Shown here: positions 26,004 through 38,427 of the stretch, piece after piece
Layout: every line of letters starts with the position of its first letter
Numbering within the stretch: position 1 is the first letter of the stretch
Origin: Lama guanicoe
Taxonomy: Eukaryota
Assembly (NCBI GenBank): GCA_013239625.1
Contig: MU053561.1
Coordinates: 1,345,520-1,409,519, forward strand
DNA: 64,000 bases
Direction of reading: 5' to 3'
Notes under the pieces: model-generated
Told to the model about the DNA's origin: nothing
Database searches by the model: none
What the model saw: the letters and a program-made list of their open reading frames with translations, nothing else
Made by a program: the position numbers and the translations under genes

Positions 26004-27393
26004 GTCACAAAAGGAATATTAAGAGGGAAGTTTATATCAATAAATAGCTACATTTAAAAAGAAGAAACATTTCATATAAACAGCCTAACATTACACCTCA
26101 AGCAATTAGAAAAAGAACAAATTAAGCCCAGAATTAGCATAAGGAAACAATAAAAATTAGAGTAGAAATAAATGAAATTGAGACCAGAAAAATAATAGGA
26201 AAAATCAATGAACCAAATAGTTGGTGTTTTGAAAAGATCTGTCAAAAATCAATTTGAGAAGTCTTTAGCTATACTAACTAAAAAAAACAGGAAATATTCA
26301 AATTAATAAAATCAGAAATGAAAGAGGAAACATTACAACTGATACTATAGAAATAGAAAGGATCATGAAGATACCATGAGCAATTATATGACAACACATT
26401 GTATAATGTAGAAAAAATAAATTCCTAGAAACATACACCCTACCAAGACTTTTAGTAATTCTAATTCAAGAAATAAAAAATTTGAACAGAACAATAATGA
26501 AAAAGGAGGTTGAATCATCAATGAAAAACTTCTCAACATAGAAAATCCCAAGGCCAAATGGCCTCACTGGTGAATTCTACCAAACACTTAAAAAGAATTA
26601 AGGCCAAACTTTCTCAAATTCTTCCAAAAAACTGAAGAGGAAAGAACATTTCCCAACCCACTTTATGAGGTCAGCATTACCCTGATGCCAAAGCCATACA
26701 AAGACACTACAAGGAAAGAAAACTACTAATCAGTATTCCTGATGAAAATGAATGCAAATATCCTCAACAGAATACTAGCACATTAATTCAACAACGCATT
26801 AGTAGGATCATACATTATAATCAAGTAGAATTTATCTCTGGCATGCAGGGATGTTTCAGTATATGTAAATCAGTGTGATATACTATAGTAATAAAATGAA
26901 AGATCACAATCTCAATAGATAAAAAAACATTTTTAGCAAAATTCAACACCTTTTTATGATAAAAATGCTCAACAAACTAGGTATAAATGGAATGTACCTC
27001 AGTGAAATAAAGGCCATTTACAACATGCCCACAGGTGACATTTTCAGTGATAAAAGGTTTAAAGCTTTTCCTCTAAGATCAGATGCTTACTCTTGCCACT
27101 TCTCTTCAAAAGAGTACTTAAAGTGCTGACCAGGGCTCTTAGGCCAGAACAAGAAATAAAAGGAATTCAGATTAGGAAGGAAAAGGTAAAATTATGTTTG
27201 CAGATTACATGATCTTATATGTGGAAAAACCTAAAGATCTACCAAAACACAGTTAGAATAAACTAATTCTGTAAAGCTGCAGGATATAAAATCAACATAC
27301 AAAAATCAGTTGCATTTCTATAGGTAAAGAAGGAACTATTTGAAAAGGGAATTAAGAAAAGAATTCCATTTACCATAGCATCAAAAGAATAAA
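26004..27393 (+). mobile_element. LINE-1 ORF2 inverted 5' segment (twin priming)
   Basis: Sense ORF2 from aagagggaagtttata through the RT region (gtttgcagattacatgatc) to ccatttaccatagcatcaaaagaataaa. Confidence 0.9.
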
Positions 27394-27399
27394 CTCTTT

Positions 27400-29500
27400 C
27401 CTCTTTTCTTGACTTTGGTTGGTTGGAATGCTTCCAGTGGTTTCTCCGTTAACTGTAACCTGTGTTTTGAATGTAAATATATTTTTCATATTAAAGAAAT
27501 AGTCATCTCACATGAATATATTTTTAAAATCAGGAATAGATGTTGAATTGTGTCGGTGTTGTTTTTTAGCATCTATGAAAATGATGAAAGAGAGACAGTG
27601 TACCCCTAATGGTTTGGAAGATAGTCTGAACTCAGTTATTGCTTGGGTTCCAGAAAGTGCTTCTGTCACTAAGTGTATAATCATGGGGAAGTTCCTTAAT
27701 GCTTCTCAATAACAGTTTCTTTATCTATGAAATGAAGAGAATAATGATTCTTATTTCATATTGATGTTATGAAAACAGCTAGTTAATATATGTAAAGTGC
27801 TTTAGAATAATGCCTGCTGTATGGGACACACTAGAGAAGTGTTAACATTATTATGTTATTATTTTTCTCATTTGAACTGTTGATAACAATAAATTATATT
27901 AGATTTAGTCCAAAGGAACCTTCTTTGCATTTCTTGAATAAACCTCATCTAGCTTTTAGTCCTTTAACACCTGAATTACATTGTTACGTATTTCATTTAG
28001 GATTCTTGCACTGATCTTAATATATTAGTTTGGTCTATAGTTTCGTTTTCTTAGGCAATCTTTGACATGTTTGATATCAATGTAACACTTAATAACATGC
28101 GTACATTTTCTACATTCAGGAACAATTAGGAGCTCCTTAAATAGTTGGCATACTTTCCATATGTGAAAACATCTGGATCTGGAGTATTTTTTGATGGGGT
28201 AGTTCACTGACTGTTTGTTTTATGGATATTATTTAGGTTTTCTGTTTCTTCTAGAGTTAGATACATCTTATAATCTTGTAATTTATATTTTCCTACATAA
28301 TGTCCATCACAGTTTTCAGAATCTGTCTATATAACATTAAGTAAAGAATAATCTTATATTTTCCTTTAAGTCTGTGATTATATCCTCACAATAAGATCTT
28401 ATTTTGTGATTTTTTTGTGCTGTTTGTCTGTTTTTCTTCAGTTTGTTAGGTAGTGGTACTCACTGTGTTTTCTTCCCAACTGTCAGCTTTGAATTTATTT
28501 TTCTATTACCTCTTCTATTTATCTATTATCTATTCTCTAGCTCACACATTTTTTGCCTTTTCTCTATCAATTTCTTCCTTCTGCTTCCCACTGTTTAAAT
28601 TAGGTTTTCTTTTCCTTAATTTTTAGGTTAAATATTTTTATTCTTTATTGTTTTTAATGTATTTAATATTATGGGTTTTCTTATAATCCCTGTTTTATTT
28701 ACTATTCCATAGTTTTGATATACAGTATTTTAGGAATTTCTGGGTTTCAAATTTTTTTTTCTTTGTATTCGGGTTTTCTCTCTTATTTAAGAATTTCTTA
28801 AAAAGAGTTTTAATTTCCAGGTGGTAGGATTTTTCGTGTGTTCTGATTTGGTGTTAATTTCTAGTTTTACTATATTGTGTTTAGAGAATATAATCTGTAA
28901 ACTATTTAAGGAATTTTTGAAGTTTTCTTTGTGGCATAATATTTGGTTAATTTTGGGAACTGTCTTATGTGTCCTTGATCTGTCATGGTGAGAATTATAT
29001 AGATAGGTTAATTAAAGTCTCCTTACTAGTTTGTTTCTACCAGTTTCCTCTTTATCTCCTGTGGTTTTTGCTTTAAGATATTGATGTTAAATTATTTGCT
29101 ATAACTGTTTTATAATTATTGTTGACAGAACATTTAACATTATAAAGTGCTCTTTGTTTTTAAATTTGTTTTTAATCTTGTGTTAAAATAAAACCATTTT
29201 CTTCTTTTTTTGTTTTTGCATCTACTAGTATATATTTACTTAGTCTTTGATTATCAATCTTTTTCAGTAACTTTATTTTAGGCGTGTGCCTTGTATTCAG
29301 TATAAATGTGAGTTTTGCTTCATTATTGGACAGATGTTTTCTTTTATTAGGTAACAGTAGTGCATTACATTTACTTATTTAACTTATGTTTACTTTTAGT
29401 TTTGCCTATTAATTTCTGAAATTTTCTCTGTTTTAGTAGTTTTTAAGGGACCTTGTCTATTTCGTTTTCTTTTTCGTAAGTGCGTCTTTTAATATTTAGT
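27400..29500 (-). mobile_element. Ancient LINE-1 ORF2 (continuation of host at ~23870-24060), interrupted by a MIR at ~27590-27860
   Basis: Degenerate antisense ORF2 resumes after the insertion (ttcttgactt..ggaatgcttccagtggtttctcc); MIR core atcatggggaagttccttaat..cagtttctttatctatgaaatg. Confidence 0.65.
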
Positions 29501-31084
29501 AATATTTGTTTCTGGTTGTAGTCTGTTACCACTCTGTGGCCATTCCCATTCCCCATATACATATTTTCCTGAATTGCAGAAGCTGGAAACAAAGAGAGCC
29601 TCCACTTTCATTTATCTCTTGCTGCTAGGTTTGATTGCAAGTTAGTTTTCTCTAGAATAAACCAGGCCAGTGACAAGAACTTGAGTAAACGGGAGGACAG
29701 GGTGACACTAGCAAGGTGGCAGGTAAAATTGTACATGTGAGAGTGTTTGCTTCTGCTAGGTTCCACATTCCTGCGGAGAAGCCTTCCTAGATGTGATTAA
29801 CTCCCAGACAGGTAACTTGACTGCAGCTTTCTCTTTCTCCTCCCATATATACTGATCTCCTGGACTTCAGACCCAATGACTGTTTTTGGACTAATGGTGT
29901 TGATATGGCCTTCCTTTCAGTAGGTAACCTCTGGCAAGATTTCTCAGACATAAAGAACTTCAGTACCATATAGATCCCTCATTAACCAGAACCTAGTTCT
30001 AGTCTTGTAGATTATCCCTTTCAATTCTTAAACCAAGGATGATAATTCCTAATAAATAATTGACTGAGCATACATCCTGTAACTTGAAGAAGCTGTAGAT
30101 CATTTCCAGGACAAAACCCTAAGAGCAACCAGAATGTCTGACAGATTATCATAACCTTTCACACGTCATCACAAAGAAACATGGTGGATGTCATTGTATA
30201 TTTCAGGCATAATTTGGTCCCCAGCTTTGAGTGAGGGCAATTTCATAGAGTGTTGAGGGCAGAGCAAAAAAATGAAACAAAGTTAAAAGCTAAATGAGGG
30301 AAGGACACAGGAGCAGTTAAGTGTGTACCACTTTTTCCCAAAGCTTGAGAGTGAAGAGGAAGAAAGAAATAAGGTGGTCACAAGAACAAAGTGGAACAAG
30401 GGAAGGTTTGTAAAATGGAAATTACTGGACTGTTTCCATTCTGATTGGAAAAACTGAGTCAAAGGAAAACGAGTGAAGATATGGAAGAAAGGAGATTAGT
30501 GTTAGAAATCGTCTAGGTGGATCTAGAGCACAGGCAGGATGATTAACCTCAGGCATAAGGAAAATACTGCTTCCATCATGCTGGGGAGATGGAGGCAAAT
30601 CTGGATGAAGTTGGTTTAGTCTGTATCTTTCGTGGCAGAACACTGAGTTCTCATTTGCTCGCTTCGGTTTGCTTTGTGACATGGGAAATAAAGTCATCAG
30701 GTGAGAAAGTAAGAAAAACAAAGCGTGGTTTAAGATCTGAAGCATTTGGAAAGGATCTGGAATAGTTCCTGTGTGTAATCGGCACAAAAGAGATGGGTAG
30801 GAACATTTAAAAATCAAGTTCCTAACAATAATCCTGACCTGACCCTGGAGGCACTTAGCAAATTTCAGTGTGCATTATGATGTTAAAACGGGTTCACCTT
30901 TAAGGCTACTCAGCCCAATTGTGAAGTCTCAGAATCTGACAAATTTGCTTGTGTTTCTGAGACCCTGTCCTGTTTACTCAAGTTTTGTTACTGGCTTCCT
31001 GTTTTGTTCCTCAAGCTGAGTTCTTCTGTTTACTAAATTCTTGTTCCCATATCAGTGGATTAGTGACCCATCTGATACCTTGGT

Positions 31085-31575
31085 ATGTCAGGTTTTTTTT
31101 TTAATGTATAATGAAACAAACCATTCATAAACTTAGTGACTTAAAATAACAAACATTAATTATATAATTCTGTGTGCTGGCAATTTGGACTTGGCTTTGC
31201 TGGGTGGTTCTTCCTCTGGTATTGGTCAGGGTCATTCATGTGCTGCAAAGAGTTGCTGGTCAACTAGATGACTCTGCTGCTGATGGCTGGCAGAGGTATG
31301 TTGGCTGGGTGATAAGGATGACAGGGACATAAACCTCTCATCATTCAGTTGGTTAGCCGGGGAATCTTCACATGGTAGTGATGGCTGGGGTTCCACAAGC
31401 AGTGAGAGATAAGACAAGCCCCAAGGAGAAAGTTATTTTCAAGCATCTAATTGCAACATGTTGGACAGAATAAGTCAAATGGGTAGAGAATCAATGGATG
31501 GAGAACAGATTTGACCTCTTGATGGCATGAGCTAAAATTGACATTGCAAAAGGGCCATTTTTAAAATCAACTACC
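31085..31575 (-). mobile_element. MLT1 LTR (ERVL-MaLR)
   Basis: aaacttagtgacttaaaataacaa..ctggcaatttggacttggctttgctgggtggttcttc..acctcttgatgg. Confidence 0.8.
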
Positions 31576-33169
31576 TCGCACTTCCTGCCTAGTTTGGGGC
31601 GTCCCTTGCTCTCACCCGTCAGCCCCACATCAAGTGCCAGTCTCTGTGGCTTAGGACACAGCTACTTACATTCACTGGCAGATCTCCAAGTTGCTGTCTA
31701 TCTGGACTCCTCAGTGTTTACATACAGAGGATTCCTCATTTCTGTGTCTACCCACCTGACAGTATATCCTTTCACATTCTTAAACACCCTTCACCACATC
31801 CCCATGGTTTCTGGGTACTTGTATTCATTGTGACATAAAATACATGGTGAGTCTCTTGCCTTGTCTATCACATCACACTGTTTTTAGCAGTGGCAGCTGG
31901 GTAAGTGCCCTATCTTTCCTACCCTTCCTCCATGCTGCCTCTGCCCCATTCTGCCCTCAGTCTATATTGCCACCCTTTGTCAAGACAGGTTCTCACCCCA
32001 TTTTCCCCTCTATTTACTTTCTAGCCTCAGGATCTGATCCTCTGTGCGCTTCACTTAGGTCTGAATAGCTAGTGTGCCTCACCAACCCATTCTAAAATGA
32101 TACAGACTAGTAAACTGTCCAGCTCAGACGGAGCAAGCTCAGTCAAGCCTTGCTTACATTTGTATAAAAACTGAACTAGTGGCAGAATAGGAGATTTTGG
32201 TATGGTACATTACACTCAGTCTGCAGTTTGCTTTCAGTGTAAATAAAATTGATCTATTATGTCGTCGCATCTTTTTGATCTTGAGGTGTGTAGGGGTGTG
32301 TGTGTGTAAAGATGGGAAGGGGGCAAAACAAATGAACCAAGAAAGTGAAAGAAAAAACATGAAAGGGAATTCAAAGGAGAAGGTATCTGAAGACAGATGC
32401 CTTATACCAGAGGCCTGTAAATTTGTGAGCATGTGTGTAAAGTTGTCCATTATACACTTAGGTTTTATCAGTCACTCAACATGTGTTTATTGGGTGTCTG
32501 CTATGAGAGCCACACCATTCTAGAGGTTATGAAGTTGACCCCAGGGACAAGTATTGCACTGGATATAATTCCATCACTGGCCTGGTTCAGCCTTTTTGGA
32601 GTAAGAATCTGGCATAAGAAAAGGTGAAAGAGAGGAGCCAGGAGGTTCCCACATGCACCCTCGGCTGATTGAAACCATACTCTCTCCTGTGAAACACTCC
32701 GTCTGACTTTACTGTCACGAGAGAAAACATCATTCCTCTCCCTCCTCTCCATGTGGAGATGTCTTACAGATGAAACTGCTTTTACCAAAGACGTCCTCTG
32801 TAAGATGAGAGAAACAAGTATCAGGTCATCGGCCAACTAGGAGACAAGGGCTAGGAAAGGCTTGGTTGGAGGTTACTGGAAATTAGTTCCACTTAGAAAA
32901 GCCTGGAGGCAGAAGTGTTAGTTGAAAATCAGGACATCTTGTTTCTGGTTTTGGTTCTGTCACTTTCAAAGCCTAAGTCTCTCAACTTCAAAACAGGACT
33001 GAGTGACCTGCATCCCATCAGGAAGGAAAGTACAGAAGTGACACAGTGTCTAACTGTCTTCTTCCAGCTAGAGATCTGGTACCTTCTGTGGAAGCAGAAG
33101 GAAGGAGAAGCTATGTCACTTTCAGATTCCAGGGTTCTTCTTTCACCTAAATTGTTTATTATTAAAATT

Positions 33170-36100
33170 AATAGCATTCAGTATCTCCTTATGGCAAACA
33201 CTGTATTAGGCAACTGACACATACCATCTTACTTAATGCTCAAAACAATCTGTATTTTTATTCCTGCTTTGCAGATGAATACACTGAGGTTACCAAGTTC
33301 TATTCACCATCAAAGCCCATGGACTGTACATGGGAATCATGACAGAATGAAAGAATATTAAGTCTGAAGAAAACTGGTAAATCAACAAATACAGCTTCCC
33401 ATTATAACCCAGAACTTCTTCCTGCAACAGCCCTGATAAATGCTATTTGCCTTTGTTTGAATGCACTATCAGGGCAGTGTCAAGTGAACTGGGAACCCTG
33501 GATCTAAAAGTCACAGGCTGGATTCCAATTCCAGCTTTGCTAAGTACTAATTAACTGTGTACTCACCTTGGCCAGGTTACTTAACATTTTTAAGCATCAT
33601 TTTCTTCATCTATAAACCAGAGAGAATACCCAAATACAGTATTATGATGATGATGAAATAAGATGATACATTTGAACATTCATTCACTCATTCAATAAAT
33701 TTCATTTGTTGCTTTTTCTATGCCAGTCACTCTGCTGCACACAGTGGATGCAGTAGTGAACAAAACAGACATGGTCCCTGCCCTTGTGAAGGCTGCAGTT
33801 TAGTGGGAGACAGATAACCAGGGCTGGGACAAGGGTTAAAAGGAGGGAGGCATTTGTCTCTGATGCAGGTTTTAAGGGGGGGCCAAAAAATCAGTCGTCA
33901 AGATCAATAATATTTTTTAAAAAAGAAAAAATTCCATATAGAAAAAAAATCAAAAGATTACATTTCAGGATCAATATTATCATCTTTCCTTTTGTCTCCT
34001 GCTCCAGTATGGCTCAGCATGGTGCTTCAGATGACAGATGAGTCAGTACATACAAAAACAAAACCAAAAAAGTATACAGAAGAAGTTTAGCTGGTGAAGA
34101 ACGCGGAGATGATCTTAGGTAGAGGGAACCGCATTTGCAAAGGCCCCGAGGTGGGAAAGTGCTTACAGAAGCTCAGAGCCCAAAAGAAAGCAGGTATTGT
34201 TAGACTATAAGGGTCAGTGGTCAGGGCCATTTATGCAGGATGGGGTGGCCCCAGGGATGGACTTGGGGCCCTATTCTAAGTGCAGCGGGAAACCACAGTA
34301 AGATTTGAAACAAGGCAGTAACCTATGTTTGTTTTTAAAAATACCATTCTGGTTGGTAAGAAGAGACGGGTGAGAGAGTAGCAGAAGCATGAAGACCAGC
34401 TAAGAAGCTGCTGCACCTGTCTGGACTGCTCTAACGCGGTCATTCCTGAGCATGCTAGGCAGTAGGAATACAGCACGGGGCTTTGTCAGTCTGTGTGTGG
34501 CCTTCAGCAAGTTATTTTTCCTTTCTGATCTACAGTGTCCTTATCTATAAATTGGAGAAAATAACAGTAATCACTGCATATGGTTGTGAAGATTAATTTA
34601 GATAATGCACGTAAAATGCTTAGAATAGTACATGGCAAATAGTAAGTGACAAATAAATGTTTGTTTAGAAATTCTTTTATATTTATCTTTATATTCTGTC
34701 ACTGCCTACCTAATTCAACACCTCTCTTCTAGTAGGTGCTCAATAAAGATGCAGTGAAGTAAAATGTTGTGGCTGATGTGCTGCCAGGAGCTTATGTATT
34801 CAGTTATGTTTTTCATTAGTGGGGAATAATCCTGTTAATATTTCTCAGTATTTTTCAGCTATCCCTTGCTCTCCAACTCCACCCTAATTCTGGCTTTCAT
34901 AATCTCTTGCATAAATATATAACTCATGTTACTGGCTCCAGACTTCTTTATCTCCAGTTTATCCTCCATATTACTACAAGCCTTGTTTTTCTAAATACAG
35001 GCCAGTTCGTGTAATTCCCCTTCTCAGAAACTTTCTGGGCTTCCTAGTGACAAAGGCTGGCCTTTCCATCTTCAGCTGCTCATCCCATAATGCCTCTCGC
35101 AAGACTTTATGCTCCCCCCCTCCAGTTTCCTCGATAAGAAATGCACTCCCCACCTTCATCAATCTGTTAAAATTCATGTAACAAATATAGTTAATGTGCC
35201 ACCTCTATGAAGTACTTTCTGACCCTGCAATAAGAAAAACAAAAACCAAAAATCAATCTCTCCCTCTTCCTTCTGTTGCTCTTATGCATTAGATTCCTAT
35301 CTCTCACATGGAATTCTCCACATTACCCAGGATCCACATCTTGTCTCCGGGTAAAGTGAAGAAACATGGCTCCAAATGATGGGAAAAATAGTCGTAGGTC
35401 ATTTAACAATTAAGAGTAACTTCCTATGAATCTAGTAGACTTGCCTCAAATCCCAGCTGACTCTATGGCGTTACAAATTAATTAACCCTTCTGAGCTTCA
35501 GTTTCCTTACCTGTAAAACTGGAATAGAAAACCCCAATCCACTGTACTATTCTGAAGAATACATCAGAAAATGTATCTGAAGCTTCTGGTTCCGAAGGGG
35601 CACGTGATAAAGAGTGCTGTTGTTACTGGTGTGGTATATGGAGCAAGCATGGGACCTGGAGTTAGACAGACTCAGGACCAAATGACAGCTTAGCTGTATT
35701 CTGCTTGTCTTTGGGCAAGTCTTTTACCCTCTCAGCTTCTTCACTGGAGATAACAATACACATTAAGCAAAAGGCTTCTGTTAGGATGAGAAAGTGACAG
35801 TAATAATGTATGAACAGTGTACGTTTGATGAGTACTCCCCATGAAAGAGGAGCTATTCTGAAAGCTTTACATATATCAGTTAACTTCATCCCCGGTTTTA
35901 TGAGGCAAGTATTATTACTGTCTCCTTTCTATAGATCAGGGAATTAAGATACAGAAAGATTAAGTAACTTCCTCAAAAATCAAACACTAAGCAAATTATA
36001 ATACTGAACTTTGAACTCAAGCAGTTTGTTTTCAGAGTCTAAGCTACAATAACAAATAGAGAATGGAATTGAGTGCCTGGCATCTGGCAAGTTTTTAAAG

Positions 36101-36220
36101 AACGTTGTAATAAAAGTTAAGAAGCCCCTTCGTCCCTTCTCATGCTGTGTGATAGGAGAGGGTCCATGTCTTACTTACTCTGTACCTTTGACAAACGGCA
36201 CCTGCCTAGCATATAAGCAG
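33170..36220. mobile_element. Cluster of MIR and L2 remnants (several elements, both strands)
   Basis: MIR cores near 33240, 33560, 34500, 35480, 35710 and 35930; L2 tails (cattcattcactcattcaataaat at 33677, taggtgctcaataaa at 34733). Confidence 0.7.
33819..34027 (-). mobile_element. MER96B-like hAT MITE inserted in L2
   Basis: cagggctgggacaagggt...gctccagtatggctcagcatggtgct; 8-bp TSD cagataac (33811) / cagatgac (34028). Confidence 0.8.
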
Positions 36221-36365
36221 AGGTGTGCCAGACTTGGCTTGAACTGGTTCTCAAAAGCAAATTGTGCGCCTTTCTTCCCAATTCCACATTTGGTAATGTC
36301 ACATTGGTAGCTTGAAACTGATTACGAGAAAGTATTTTTTATCACAAGAAAGGCCAATGTTAAAA
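36218..36365 (+). mobile_element. MER63-like hAT-Blackjack fragment
   Basis: cagaggtgtgccagacttggct..ttgtgcgcctttcttcccaattccacatttggtaatgtcacattggtagcttgaaa. Confidence 0.75.
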
Positions 36366-38427
36366 TTAGTCCTGGATTTACAACCAAGTCAGTAAAATCT
36401 CTTTATTGACTAAGCTATTTTGAGTCCGGTTCCTATTATTTGCAATCCAAACAGATCAGCCTAAGATGTCTGTTATTTCAGATATCTCAGGAAAGCTGAG
36501 AATGAGGAAGTGCGCCTTACAGCAATATCCACAAAATTAATTACCTAGGGAGAATTCCTGTAAGAATTCTATGCTTATCACAGTCACCGTGAGGGTTTTA
36601 TTTGGGGTGTGGGGGAGATGGCATTTGTCATGTAAGTTCTGCTTCGCCCTATTGTTTATTTAAACACTCGAATCTGCTGTCCCATATGCTTAGCACACAA
36701 TCTGAGGTAAGTAGGGGAGAACCAAGCACATGAATTTTTAATGTTAGAATTTAACTATTGGTCACTAGAGGTATGAGATATTTTACAGATATGGATAGTT
36801 GACTGCATAATGTAGGCTCCTGCTCCTATTGTTACTTTTATTATGGTTCTAGCAGCTAGACAAGTTGTCTCTTTTGCCAAAGAATGCAGCAACAAAATCA
36901 AAACAAAGAACTTCTCCTTTCCTTCCCAGATGGCATTGTGGGTGGTCACAAAGACCCATAAGATTTTGTTTAATTTGTAAAACTCCAAAGTTTGTTTGTA
37001 ACAATGCTTCATACTTTCATTACATTTTATATTTTTCCAAACACAGAGTTTTTAAAATACATTACTTCTTTTGAGCTTCATAATACCGCAAGCAAGGCAA
37101 GTATGCTACAGGGAGGTTATGTGACCTGTTCAGTGTTACAGCCAGGTAATGGCAGAGATGGAATAATAACTCAGGACTATCGTGTCAGCCACTGATCTTA
37201 CACTTCCATGAGCTGCTGGTAGGTTTCAGATAGTGTTCCTCTGGGTGGCCCACATTAGTCCTCCAGGTGTTTGAGAAGCTGATCAAAATGAAAAGCAGAT
37301 TTAAAAAAAGAACAACACAGCATTTTTTCTCTTGCAGATTTGAATCTACAATAAAATGCATAAAAATTAGCCAGAATTAGGGAAAAGGAGAAATGGCAAT
37401 TTAAGTACAAATGCCCAGTTATCTAAAGAAAAGAGCATAAGGGTATTGTATTTTATTCATTTATTTTTAAAATTTTTATATATATATATATATTTTTTTG
37501 CCTATGGTAGAGGGCAAAATAAGAAGATGACCCAGGAAATCTTTGGCGCTGCCAAGCAGATTTTGGAAAATTAGATAATTTGTACTTAAATACATCAAAC
37601 CAGATCAGAAAAATAGCCAGGACATATAATATGTGTCTTGACTAGGGCATATGTTCCTTTAAAAAACACTTACTGAAAACTGAGTATGTATTAGGCAGTA
37701 GGCTCAGTGCCGAGAAGAATTCAAAGGTGCCTAAGATGGAAACTTTCTTCTTATAAATACCTAAGATAAAGCCACAAACAACAGGATTCTAAGTGTTGAT
37801 CTGCTGGTAATATTCACCAAGAAGCCGGAGTCTTAGAGTCTTTGTGAAACAGAAGAGAATATGTAAGAAGTCTGAGGAGAAAATGAGCAACTAATTGGGT
37901 TCATTGTTGTTCAGCAAATTTAAATTCTTTTAATTATGCCTTCAACGTTTTTGTTTCCAGTTATTTAATCCTTTGATATATATCAAGAGCATCTGAGTTG
38001 GCCTTTTCTCACCCCTGACTAAATTCACTATTTGGGGACTAATGGTGTCTAATAATCACTGGATATGAAAGGAAAAACTAGAACATCGAAGTAGAAGGGA
38101 CTCCAGCCCACAGCCGTGCAAATCATTGGCGTTCAGGCCAGTGTGTGGAAGGGCACTCAGAAAGGGCAAGAGTAGGTGGGAACTGGAATTCCCTGCTACA
38201 TCTGGACATGTTCTGGAAGCTGGGACAACGCAGCAGGTTAACTGGGTAATCCCTGGGAACCAGGGTTCCCATGAAAATAACATTAAGCATTTTCAAGGGC
38301 ATGGGCATAATGTTTTCCTATTATAAGAAAACAAAAGGCCAATCAAATTGACAAAATTAAATACAGCAAGATGATCAAGTATAAATGAAAGTATTGGGAA
38401 AACGTGCACTCCATCTGTTGCCCTGCC

